From assembly GCA_964016885.1 (NCBI GenBank), contig OZ024741.1:399218001-399282000 (forward strand): a DNA stretch of 64,000 nucleotides, written 5' to 3'. Positions within the stretch are counted from its first letter, which is position 1. Each line of letters opens with the position of its first letter. A program made the position numbers and the translations under genes. Below are positions 52,427-64,000 of this stretch, piece after piece. The stretch comes from Eledone cirrhosa. Taxonomy: Eukaryota. The notes beneath the pieces were generated by a model. It saw only the letters and a program-made list of their open reading frames with translations. It did not search any database and was not told where the DNA came from.

Positions 52427-53534
52427 ACTAGATAACTATTATATTAGATAACTATTATAATAAAAGAGAACTTTGTTGTTGGTGGTGTTTTTTCTTTGCT
52501 TGTTACATTTTTGAAGTCCTGCAGGCATGGCTGACGGGTGGGTGGGTGGGGGGCGATTAGATCAATGTAATCTTTGATATGCCACTTAATTTCTGTAACA
52601 TCTTTTATGTACATCTTACTCTAGATACCTGCCATCAACATAAATGAAACTTAAGGGAGACAGTCCACCTCATGGTCCCAACCGAATGGAGAAGACATTG
52701 CGCTGGAGGATGGTGAGGGAGACGCACTGGAACTGCCACTCCCCCTCGTGGGACTTGCACTTGCCCGTAACAAACTCCACTCCGATTTTTTGTAATATGT
52801 TTCAATAACTGCTTTGGTTTTAATGCTTTAACAGATTTCCCCGCCTGGGTCTGTAGAGACAGGGTCACCAAGTGGTTGATAATCTAAACGAGGTCGAAAT
52901 GTTTCCCTCTGCTCTGGAATTCTTCACCAATATGTGGTTGCTCGATATTCTAGAAATAGCACATATATTGTCAATAGACAGCAACGTGCCTTTACGTTCA
53001 AAGTTCAAATATCGCTGGGGTAAAATTTACCGCTCATCATTCTGAGATCAATAAAATTATGGATCCTCCATCAGTTTATTTAGTTGATCGATCAACTTAA
53101 GGTCAATAGAATGTACAAGCACTGATTCAATAGAAAGGTTCACTCTGACAACAACTATGACAACCGTATAAAAGTAGGTGACTACACAATATAGAGGACT
53201 ATTCAACAGAATTCGTAATATAACCGCCACAGCCCCGGCGGACAGAAGGCGTTTCCCCGGAGGACGGCAAGAGAGATAGCAAGAGAAGAACTCTAACTTT
53301 TCCATCAGATACATATTACATTTTTATCCGTCAACACCAGTTGACATTTTATACGTCTCCATTGAAGTGTTCTGCTTCAAATATCAGACATGTCTCGTTC
53401 TTCATAAAACTTATTCCACAGTTTCAATTAATGATGCAGTCTAGTAAACATTTTCTCGGATCCTACCCTTCAACAGTGAGCGTTTGGGGCGATAAATGAA
53501 CTGCTTAAAACCTTACAACGTACTTTTCAAAGAT

Positions 53535-53586
53535 GTCGAACTGATGAACTGCGTAATAATTCCACAACGAAACGCGCGTATTCAAC
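53535..53586 (+). ncRNA. Type I hammerhead motif with eroded stem II
   Basis: gtcgaa CTGATGA actgcg...cacaac GAAAC gcgc GTA ttcaac. Confidence 0.62.
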
Positions 53587-53617
53587 GGGTGAAAAGGTTG
53601 TGAGTTTAACATTATTT

Positions 53618-53696
<79 letters not shown>

Positions 53697-53741
53697 ATAT
53701 ATATGTATATATATGTGTGTGTCTATATATATACATATATA

Positions 53742-53829
<88 letters not shown>

Positions 53830-53832
<3 letters not shown>

Positions 53833-54357
53833 GAAGCAACGGAGTCAGAAACTCGTGTTAGTTCCTGTAATTCAAGAGATAAAAGGAAAAAGAATCCTGG
53901 GCTCTTCAAATATAATATAGAGAAGATAATACAGGAGAGAGAGTGTGTGTTTATCAAGTTACAGGTAAAAGCACTAGCGCATGGGACTTATAAACTAAGA
54001 AAGGTGAAGTAGATACATTATAATTAAAAACATAAATTAAAATGAAACAACCTACCTTCATAACTATATATCACACACGTACACACTCAGAATGTTTCGC
54101 CAGAAAATCAGTGTTGGAATCGTATTATACACACACACACACACACACACATACACACACACATTTCACAGTTGAAAATTGCAAACTTGACTGTCACCAC
54201 ACATTATGAACCTGAAGATTGCGAAAGCATGAAAGTACTTGTTCAATTAACACTTAACATTTAATATTCTACCATACTATTTCATTCTAATACCATTATA
54301 AAATTTAAAGGATTGTAAATAAAACGAGTAAATCAGACAATGTTGGAATTCCTCTTA

Positions 54358-54360
<3 letters not shown>
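53830..54360 (+). mobile_element. Probable Penelope-like element 3' remnant
   Basis: The decayed translation [18 protein letters not shown] resembles the GIY-YIG C-terminal R..KEA.YI helix. It is followed by an HHR at 54207-54245 and (TA)n. Confidence 0.5.
54207..54245 (+). ncRNA. Minimal type I hammerhead ribozyme
   Basis: tgaac CTGAAGA t tgc gaaa gca t GAAAG ta CTT gttca, with palindromic AAGUACUU. Confidence 0.75.
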
Positions 54361-54417
<57 letters not shown>

Positions 54418-54474
54418 AACAAGATGGCGTAGACAGAACAAAGGAGAGGCACAAAACAAAGAAAAGAATCCCCA

Positions 54475-54517
54475 GTCACTGAAGAGGTCACAGAATGTGT
54501 GACGAAAGAGCTTTGAC
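54475..54517 (+). ncRNA. Minimal type I hammerhead ribozyme
   Basis: gtca CTGAAGA g gtcaca gaatg tgtgac GAAAG ag CTT tgac. Confidence 0.72.
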
Positions 54518-54679
54518 AATATATGAACAACCGTCTGGTTGTGGAACCAACCAACCAACCGGAAATTTATAAATTCTTAAATTTATAAATTTAATTTATA
54601 ATAAATTGGAGTGAAAGCAACTGGTGCGTGTGTTTCTTATTGGCAACATGACCCTCCCAAAGTATAACAATATATATAT

Positions 54680-54758
<79 letters not shown>

Positions 54759-54946
54759 ATACTTGGGAGGGGGGAGGGGTCATGTTGCCAATAAGAAACA
54801 CACGCACCAGTTGCTTTCACTCCAATTTATTATAAATTAAATTTATAAATTTAAGAATTTATAAATTTCCTGTTGGTTGGTTGGTTCCACAACCGGACGG
54901 TTGTTCATATATTGTCAAAGCTCTTTCGTCACACATTCTGTGACCT
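54485..54946. repeat. Tail-to-tail inverted duplication (~190 bp) across a (TA)n tract
   Basis: 54485-54671 is the reverse complement of 54752-54946. Confidence 0.92.
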
Positions 54947-55522
54947 TACTATTGTAAATAACGTTAGTCTTCTAAATATCAATGGAGGGTTAAAATTATA
55001 TTTTAAAACAGTTCTGTAATGGAGGAAAACTTCAAGGGAAGACAAAAATATTTTAAATGAAATAGTAAACTGACATGGGAGGGTGGCGGTTACAGTCAGG
55101 GCCGGACTTAGATATAGGGAGGCCAGAGAAGTTCAGATTTGGTGGGCTCTTCATATAAGAAAAACAAATATCTTAACGCCATTTTTCGCTGCTAAAAGTT
55201 GACCTTGCAGACTCTATGACAAGCTTTGCCGTATTACCTACACTCTCCCACAGCAATAATCTGGTCTTTATTTCCTACATCACCATCCCCACTCATATAT
55301 CTTTTGGTATTCCTCTTTTATTAGCTTCCCCAACCTTTGTATCACTCCTCTCACCCAGTATCTTCATCGGAGATGTAGAAGCTTGTTCCTAGAGGAGAGA
55401 CTGCTTGATTCAGGGTCCCAGTGCATAACAGAATTATCCCTCCTCACACTCACACACACACACACACTCACACACACACACATATATATATACTGTATAT
55501 ATGTATATATATATATCCTATT

Positions 55523-55591
<69 letters not shown>

Positions 55592-55624
55592 GGATTTCGC
55601 TTCAAGCATAGCTTTATACAATAT

Positions 55625-55985
55625 GTGTAGAAATTTCGTATTTCGGAAGAAATACGATTTTAGGAATGCTATGCCGTAGCTATGCGAACACCGTTTATGC
55701 ATTTCAGGCTTAACTTGCCTTCGTCAGGACGATCCCTCCCACTACTCTGCGACTGCTGGACTTGAAAACAGCCGAGAATATATAGTTTTCTCGTCTGTGT
55801 AAATGAGGTGATTAATCTCCTTTGCATATGAAACTGCATAAGTTGGCTCAACTTATAATAGTCAAGCCTGAAATGCATAGACGGTTGTCCCCCTTGTTTC
55901 TGCTGGACAACACCAGAGGGCGTTATCCCCCCGGTGTTCGCATAGCTACGGCTTCCTAAAAACGTATTTCTTCCGAAATTCAAAA
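55625..55985. mobile_element. Inverted pair of HHR-bearing termini (family of 34891-35045)
   Basis: HHR at 55690-55733 (-): aucguc-CUGACGA-AGGC aaguuaa GCCU-GAAA ugc AUA-aacggu. A partial inverted copy starts at ~55861. Confidence 0.78.
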
Positions 55986-56178
55986 TTTCTCTCTTTCTCT
56001 CTCTCTCTCTATATATATAGCAGATCTAGCTGTCGAAACAGCTAGAGCTCAGTCGTCGGGGTCCTGACTCTTTTCCTATTATCCGTTCTACTACCCTATG
56101 TATCGAGTACTCTGGTGCGTTATGTTTCACCTGATTCCTTACCACACTCCTATCTCTCTCTCTCTCTATATATATATA

Positions 56179-56292
<114 letters not shown>

Positions 56293-56298
56293 AAGTGA

Positions 56299-56350
<52 letters not shown>

Positions 56351-56584
56351 TATATAGTGTAGACAGTACGGTGTTTTTTTTTCTATTATATATATATGAT
56401 TTTTCCAAAATGGCCGACTAAGTTTCATTTCAGTTTTCATATTGGGTACTATCAAAAAGGTTTTGGAACATCTAACTTTCCATCTCATTTCTTGGGATGG
56501 AAATAATATTTTCTTGTTGATATTTTTAATTGTGTATATATATTTCTACAAACATCTATTTGCATTATTTGCTTCGTTTTAAAA

Positions 56585-56764
56585 TGGCAGTATCGGTAGA
56601 GGGTCGGACGCCATGTTTTACAGCAAAGAGTTACGGCCCTTTATGGTCTGAGTTCAAATCCCGCCGAGGTTAACTTTGCCTTTCATCCTTATGTGGTCGA
56701 TAAAATAAAGTACCAGTAATACACTGGGATAATTTCTGGCCTTGTGCCAAAAGTAGAAACAATT
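56585..56764 (+). mobile_element. SINE group A with long target-site duplication
   Basis: attatttgcttcgttttaaaatgg occurs on both sides (~56564 and ~56762). Confidence 0.9.
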
Positions 56765-57387
56765 ATTTGCTTCGTTTTAAAATGGTCAACTTTGGTGCCG
56801 CAGTGAAAGGCAGTCAACATGAAAGAGTTTCAAGTCATACGTCATCCGACATTTTGCAAATAGCAAAACAGATTATAATATAAACAGAATCAAACATGAA
56901 AATTACACAAATAGACGATACAGACTAAATTATAAATATCGTTAAAATATAAAAAATACGTTTTTTGAAGGAATGTCATTAGAATCATAGGTTTGTACTA
57001 ATGGGAACTGCAGTTTTTTCTTTAGTGGTGGTGGTGGTGGGGGTGGGGGGGTGCTCTCATACACAAAAAATTAGAATACACAGCAAACCCCCGATTTTAC
57101 ATATCAAACTCAGCTTAGCGCAAGTAAATGAATTGAATTCTCAAAGTCTAACCATCCTAAAACTAGAAAAGCCAAGCAGAGGCCACAAATACATTGTTAC
57201 GGTCGACGCTGGTGCACCACCACCATTGCAGGGGTCCAGGGAAATTTCCTCCTTTGCTTCCCATTAAATCCTGCCCTGATTTCTAGCGCATTGCTGAAAT
57301 GAAATGTCACAAATTAAGCTGAATCTATGACATGCTTTTGATACCCATCTTCCGTTAACATCACGTCTATGTACATAAATAAAAGGA

Positions 57388-58122
57388 ACGATCGACTTTC
57401 GTCAAAGCGGACCGAGGAAACAATGTTTCCATTGGTCTTTTCAATTGCTAGTACTATCTATGGGTCGCAACTCCAGGTAGAAGGAGCAACGTGAAATAAA
57501 ATGTCTTGCTCAAGGACATAACACAGCACCCGGTCTGGGAATCGAATTGACAACCTCACGATTGCGAATCAAATTCTCTAACCACACAGCCACACGCCTT
57601 CACACATACATAAATAAATCTCTTTATAAAAATATGGCCATCACCCAGTTTTGTTTGTCTTGCTTTCTAAATCAATGTCATAACATTGAGATACAAAATA
57701 GCTCAACAAAAGAAGTAAAGTAATGAAAACTCTGAAAACAATGAAAATGACGAGCTTTAGACTAAAACTCATTAGACCCTTTACGGTCTGAGTTCAAATC
57801 TCACCGAGGTTAAACTTTGCCTTTCCTCCTTACAGCGTCGATAAAATAAAGTACTAGAAACGTACTGGGGTCGATTTAATTGACTTTCCCCTCCCCTTCA
57901 AATTACTAGCCTTGTGCCAAAAGTAGAAACAAATATTATTATTATTCGCTGCATAGAATTATGGCCCTTTACGGTCTGAGTTCAAATCTCGCCGAGGTTA
58001 ATTTTGTCTTTTATCCTTACGGCGTCGATAAAATAAAGTACCAGTAACACACTGGTTCGATGTAATCGACTTTCCCTTCCCCCAAAATTGCTGGCCTTGT
58101 GCCTATATCAGAAACCATTATT
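57388..58122. mobile_element. SINE B tail iv (57388-57602, -) and two SINE A copies (57775-58122, +)
   Basis: Family motifs as in the other copies. Confidence 0.8.
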
Positions 58123-58562
58123 ATTTGATGAACTGTCTCGGTATATTTAAGTGCAACTATTTCTGTCAGATCTGAATATTTTTTATAATTTTACCATTTT
58201 GAAACTAAATGAAAATTTGAGTGAAGTTTATTTTTAACTGAAATAAACGAGGAATGTAGCTCTTCCTGACAGTCTTACATTTCTCTTGGGAGCTTTGGTA
58301 AACCATGGCTTCCACAAGAACGACAAAAATGTATGCCTCTAAAATAAAATAAAAAAAAATAGTTGAAAGGCAAACTTTTGCACTTAAATAAACGAAAAAA
58401 AGAATAAAGATAATTCTTCCCTTGTCACAGCAAAAAAAGACAAAACTATTGATGTAGTAATAGAAATAAATTGACACACTTCTTAGAGGGAAAATATTGT
58501 CATGTTCTTCAGTGTAATCGTTTTACATTGTCATTGTATTGTATGGAGTGGTAGAGTTGTCG

Positions 58563-60100
58563 TTGTGACATACGGTCTATCTTGTGACATACGGTCTATC
58601 TTGTGACATACGGTCTATCTTGTGACATACGGCTTATCTTGTGACATGTGGCCTATCTTGTGACATACAGCCTCTATCTTGTGACATACAGCCTTTATGT
58701 TGTGACATACAGCTTCTATCTTGTGACACACGGTCTATCTTGTGACATACGGTCTATCTTGTGACATACAGCCTCTATTTTGTGACATACAGCCTCTATC
58801 TTGTGACATACGGTCTATCTTGTGACATACCAACTATCTTGTGACATACAACCTCTATTTTGTGACATAGGGCCTCTATCTTGTGACATACCACCTATCT
58901 TGTGACATACTACCTATCTTGTGACATACAGCCTATCTTGTGACATACGGTCTATCTTGTGACATACCACCTATCTTGTGACATACGGTCTATCCTGTGA
59001 CATACAGCATCTATCTTGTGACATACGGTCTATCTTGTGACATACCAACTATCTTGTGACATACAACCTCTATTTTGTGACATAGGGCCTCTATCTTGTG
59101 ACATACCACCTATCTTGTGACATACTACCTATCTTGAGGACATACAGCCTATCTTGTGACATACAGTCTATCTTGTGACATACCACCTATCTTGTGACAT
59201 ACGGTCTATCCTGTGACATACAGCATCTATCTTGTGACATACGGTCTATCTTGTGACATACGGTCTATCCTGTGACATACAGCCTCTAGCTTGTGACATA
59301 CGGTCTATCTTGTGACATACGGTCTATCCTGTGACATACAGCCTCTAGCTTGTGACATACGGTCTATCTTGTGACATACCACCTATCTTGTGACATACGG
59401 TCTATCCTGTGACATACAGCATCTATCTTGTGACATACGGTCTATCTTGTGACATACCACCTATCTTGTGACATACGGTCTATCCTGTGACATACAGCAT
59501 CTATCTTGTGACATACGGTCTATCTTGTGACATACCACCTATCTTGTGACATACGGTCTATCCTGTGACATACAGCCTCTAGCTTGTGACATACGGTCTA
59601 TCTTGTGACATACCACCTATCTTGTGACATACGGTCTATCCTGTGACATACAGCATCTATCTTGTGACATACGGTCTATCTTGTGACATACCACCTATCT
59701 TGTGACATACGGTCTATCCTGTGACATACAGCATCTATCTTGTGACATACGGTCTATCTTGTGACATACCACCTATCTTGTGACATACGGTCTATCCTGT
59801 GACATACAGCCTCTATCTTGTGACATACGGTCTATCTTGTGACATACGGTCTATCCTGTGACATACAGCCTCTAGCTTGTGACATACGGTCTATCTTGTG
59901 ACATACCACCTATCTTGTGACATACGGTCTATCCTGTGACATACAGCATCTATCTTGTGACATACGGTCTATCTTGTGACATACCACCTATCTTGTGACA
60001 TACGGTCTATCCTGTGACATACAGCCTCTATCTTGTGACATACGGTCTATCTTGTGACATACGGTCTATCCTGTGACATACAGCCTCTAGCTTGTGACAT
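58563..60100. repeat. 19-21-bp minisatellite (ttgtgacatacggtctatc) with a 78-bp higher-order repeat
   Basis: Constant tgtgacata with a few recurring variants. Confidence 0.97.
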
Positions 60101-60167
60101 ATTCATTTATTGTTAAACTTGACAGAACCAATCCGTATCCATCTTCAGAACTGAACATAATTGGTTT

Positions 60168-60252
<85 letters not shown>

Positions 60253-60272
60253 GAAGTAAGAAAGAGAGAAGC

Positions 60273-60319
<47 letters not shown>

Positions 60320-60459
60320 AAGAGAAAGGGATAGATAGAGAGATAGAGAAAGATAGAGAGAGAGAGAGAGAGAAGCAAAGTAAGAAAGAGTGAGCAAGAG
60401 AGAGAAGGGGGCGTGAGGTTGAGAATGGAGCCAATACTGAACTGGTATTATTTTTATCA

Positions 60460-61262
60460 AGGGTCGGACGCCATACTTTGACGCATATAGTTACGCTCCT
60501 TGCCATTCTGAGTTCAAATCCCACCAAGGTTAACTTTGCCTTTCATCCTTACGAGGTCGATAAAATAAAGTACCAGTAATGCACTGGGATAATTGCTGGC
60601 TTTGTGTCAAAAGTAGAAACAATTATTTTTATCAACCTGGGAATGATGAAAGTCAAAGTTGACGTTGTTGGAGTCAATTGTTACAAAGAAGATGAATAAA
60701 TATGAAAATGGGGGAGGTAGCAGAGAGGAGATGAGTATGTCTAAAGTCTCGAGCCCAGGAAATCATTAGACCGGGGCTTATCCCGGTGTCCCTGGCGTTT
60801 AGCGACTGAGAGGCTTCCTCTGGACAGGACACGAGTCCATCGCTGGGTAAAACCTCCAGATACTGCTGGTATTTATTTTCAGCTGAGTATACTGGAGCAA
60901 CGTGAAATGACGTGTTTTGTTCACGAACACAACACAACCTAGTTCAGGAATCGAACCCATGTCATTATGATCGTAAAGCCAGCACCCTTACCACTGGGCC
61001 ACTCGCCTCCACAAACCAAAAGGGAGAAGAAATAAAAAAGGAAACTTAGGTGACATAGATATTCAAAACGGATCATAATTGTTTCCACTTTTGGCACAAG
61101 GCCATCAAATACCCAGTACATTACTGGTACTTTATTTTATCGACCCCGTAAGGATGAAAGGAAAATTTAACCTCAGTGGGATTTGAACTCAGTCTGTAAA
61201 GGGACGTAACTATGCTGGAAAGTATGGCGTCCGACCCTCTACCGATACTGCCAATCCACCGC
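60460..61262. mobile_element. SINE A (+, 60460-60625), SINE B tail iii (-, 60772-61010) and SINE A (-, 61078-61262)
   Basis: Family motifs as in the other copies. Confidence 0.8.
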
Positions 61263-61439
61263 CAATAATAATAAGAGAGAGAAATAAGAACCACATTTTA
61301 CCGAGGAAACTACAAGGTTGTTAAAATATTGTGAAATGTCGGAAAAGAACATCAACTACAACAACATTTTGAAAACAACAATAACATCAACAATATTTTG
61401 TAAACAACTTCAATAAAAATATTTTGAAAATATAGAAAA

Positions 61440-61552
61440 CAACAACTACTACTACTATTACTACTACTACTGCCACGACTACTATTACTACTACTACTGC
61501 CACTACTACCACCACCACCACCACCACCACCACCACCACCACCACCACCACC

Positions 61553-61611
<59 letters not shown>

Positions 61612-61632
61612 CACCACCACCGTCACCATCAT

Positions 61633-61695
<63 letters not shown>

Positions 61696-62690
61696 CTCCA
61701 ATACACGGATATTCCGTTCATTAAGCGAAAGAACAAAAATGTTAGACTTTTCAACTTTATAATTAACACAGTTGACGACTGCAGTTACAATAGACACAAC
61801 ATTCACACACACATATACACACATACACACACACACACACACATATACACACATATACACACATATACACACACACATACACACATATACACACATATAC
61901 ACACATATACACACACATACACACACATATACACACATATACACACATATACACACATATACACACATATACATATACACACATATACACACATATACAC
62001 ACATATACACACACACATGACCATATCACATACATACACACACATATACACACATACACACACACACATAACCATATCACATACATATACACACATATAC
62101 ACACATATACACACACACATGACCATATCACACACATATACACACATATACACACACACATGACCATATCACATACATATACACACATATACACACATAT
62201 ACACACACACATGACCATATCACACACATATACACACACACATGACCATATCACATACATATACACACATATACACACGTACATAACCATATCACAAACA
62301 TACACATATATACACACATATACACACACACATGACCATATCACATACATATACACACGTACATAACCATATCACATACATACACATATATACACACATA
62401 TACACATATACACACACACATAACCATATCACATACATATACACACATATACACACGTACATAACCATATCACATTCATACACATATATACACACATATA
62501 CACACACACATGACCATATCACATACATATACACACGTACATAACCATATCACATACACATATATACACACATATACACACACACATGACCATATCACAC
62601 ACATATACACACGTACATAACCATATCACATACACATATATACACACATATACACACACGCATGACCATATCACATACATATACACACAT
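61440..62690. repeat. (ACT)n/(ACC)n tracts and a CA-rich minisatellite (catgaccatatcacata...)
   Basis: Directly visible. Confidence 0.92.
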
Positions 62691-62996
62691 ATCATTGTCT
62701 GACTTGGCATTTTATCAGTCAAATATAAAAAGGTTGTATTCATTCACAGTATTCAGATTTGTTCATCCTTAACTCCGTCCTTTATTTTTATTTGTTTCTT
62801 ATTCTCTTTCTTTTAGTGATTAGTTGGAAACAATCAGCCAAGTACGAAAGAAAACAAAGGCAACGTAACCGCTCAAGGGTTTTCCATATTTTACATGTTC
62901 CCTTCTAATTAGATACAGCTCTCACCAACCCCTGAATTGGTCCTACACAGGGAGGGCGAGACATGGTAACATGTGAATTGTTTTCAAAATTGAAAA

Positions 62997-63190
62997 TACG
63001 AGGTGAGGGTGAAATATTCATAGGCTGACTATGAAGGTGTGATGCTAGAGCTGTGAAATATTGCATGAATTAATTTCAACTCTTCTTATTAATAACTCCT
63101 TTTTTTCTAGGAACTATGTTGAAAAATAAACCTCATTTAGTCATTCCATGAGAGTTTTTTGGTCAGCCTATGAACCTTTCAGCCGAACTG
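62997..63190. mobile_element. Possible Tc1/mariner-type MITE remnant
   Basis: ta-cgagg...ttcataggctgac at the left and gtcagcctatgaa at the right are inverted. Confidence 0.45.
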
Positions 63191-63565
63191 CTTAGGGCTT
63201 GACGTCCCACCTGTTGATAAATTAGCCTCACTGATTATAGGATGGGTAAATACATTAGAGGAGTACCTAAGGGCTCTTCCACCGCGACCCTCCCAGATAT
63301 ACCTTGGAGGAGGCCAACTAAACCTGCATAGGTGTGAGCTGTCACACACACACACGCACACACTCTCAGTTCAGTAGGGATGGTTTAAATAAGTTTCAGT
63401 TAATTGTGGATTCAATACAATAAACTATGCAAGTATTTTTGTATCTCTATCTCCTGGTAGAGTCATAGAGACGTCACAGTGGCTTAGGGCATTTCTTAAG
63501 TGATTTTAAAGCTAGCTGGGCCCATCTCACCTCCAGATCTGAATACAGCAGGTTTCTTCCAGTGA

Positions 63566-63636
<71 letters not shown>

Positions 63637-63707
63637 AGCTCACACCTATGTGTGTGTGTGACAGCCCACACCTATGTTTGTGTGACAGCTCACACCTATG
63701 TGTGTGT

Positions 63708-63952
63708 GTAACAGCTCACACCTATGTAGGTTTAGCTGGCCTCCTCCAATGTATATCTCATTGGAGGTGTCTTGGGTAATTTAATGATAGGGACCCCAGT
63801 CCTATCATCCCATTTCTACAGCTGAGTAAACTGGAGCAACGTGAAATAAAGTGTCTTGCTCAAGGAAACAACACATCACCCGGTCCGAGAATTGAACTCA
63901 CAACCTTTTGATTGCAAGCCCAATGCTCTAATCACTAAGCGATGTGCCTTCA
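63708..63952 (-). mobile_element. SINE group B, full length, tail i (partial plus-strand copy at 63243-63343)
   Basis: Matches 38678-38920. The tail end acagctcacacctatg is tandemly reiterated at 63635-63725. Confidence 0.88.
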
Positions 63953-64000
63953 CAATAGAGAGTGAGTAAATGGAATTGAGAAAGTAACACAGAGGAAGAA

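Noticed and set aside
55260-55440. Possible GIY-YIG C-terminal remnant (also 60-150 and 7130-7260)
   Set aside because: The similarity is only a few residues by eye and cannot be supported without a profile search.
58563-60100. CRISPR-like array with constant tgtgacata and variable intervening bases
   Set aside because: The variable parts are only ~10 nt and recur many times, there are no unique spacers or cas genes, and the context is eukaryotic.

Overview
This is repeat-dominated, AT-rich animal genomic DNA. The SINE, LINE and microsatellite make-up suggests an octopus or other cephalopod, which is an inference. No intact host gene is recognisable, and almost all long ORFs come from micro- or minisatellites. 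Recognisable parts are two tRNA-derived SINE groups, RTE, Tx1-like and RLE-type LINE fragments, Helitron-like and TIR-type MITEs, and several minisatellites. The standout signal is about 28 type I hammerhead-ribozyme (HHR) motifs found by eye on both strands, roughly 17 with an intact CUGANGA/GAAA/NUH core. They sit in many unrelated short elements inserted mostly at (TA)n tracts, often as fold-back inverted repeats, which is the signature of Penelope-like element termini and non-autonomous retrozyme-like derivatives. The best case is a nearly identical 466-nt non-coding unit at 12959-14279, present in tandem and inverted with one HHR per unit and an 11-13 bp target-site duplication whose empty site is also in the window. 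A diverged 445-nt sister family is also present. Together they are a candidate self-cleaving, circRNA-forming retrozyme family. All folds were done by eye and activity is untested.
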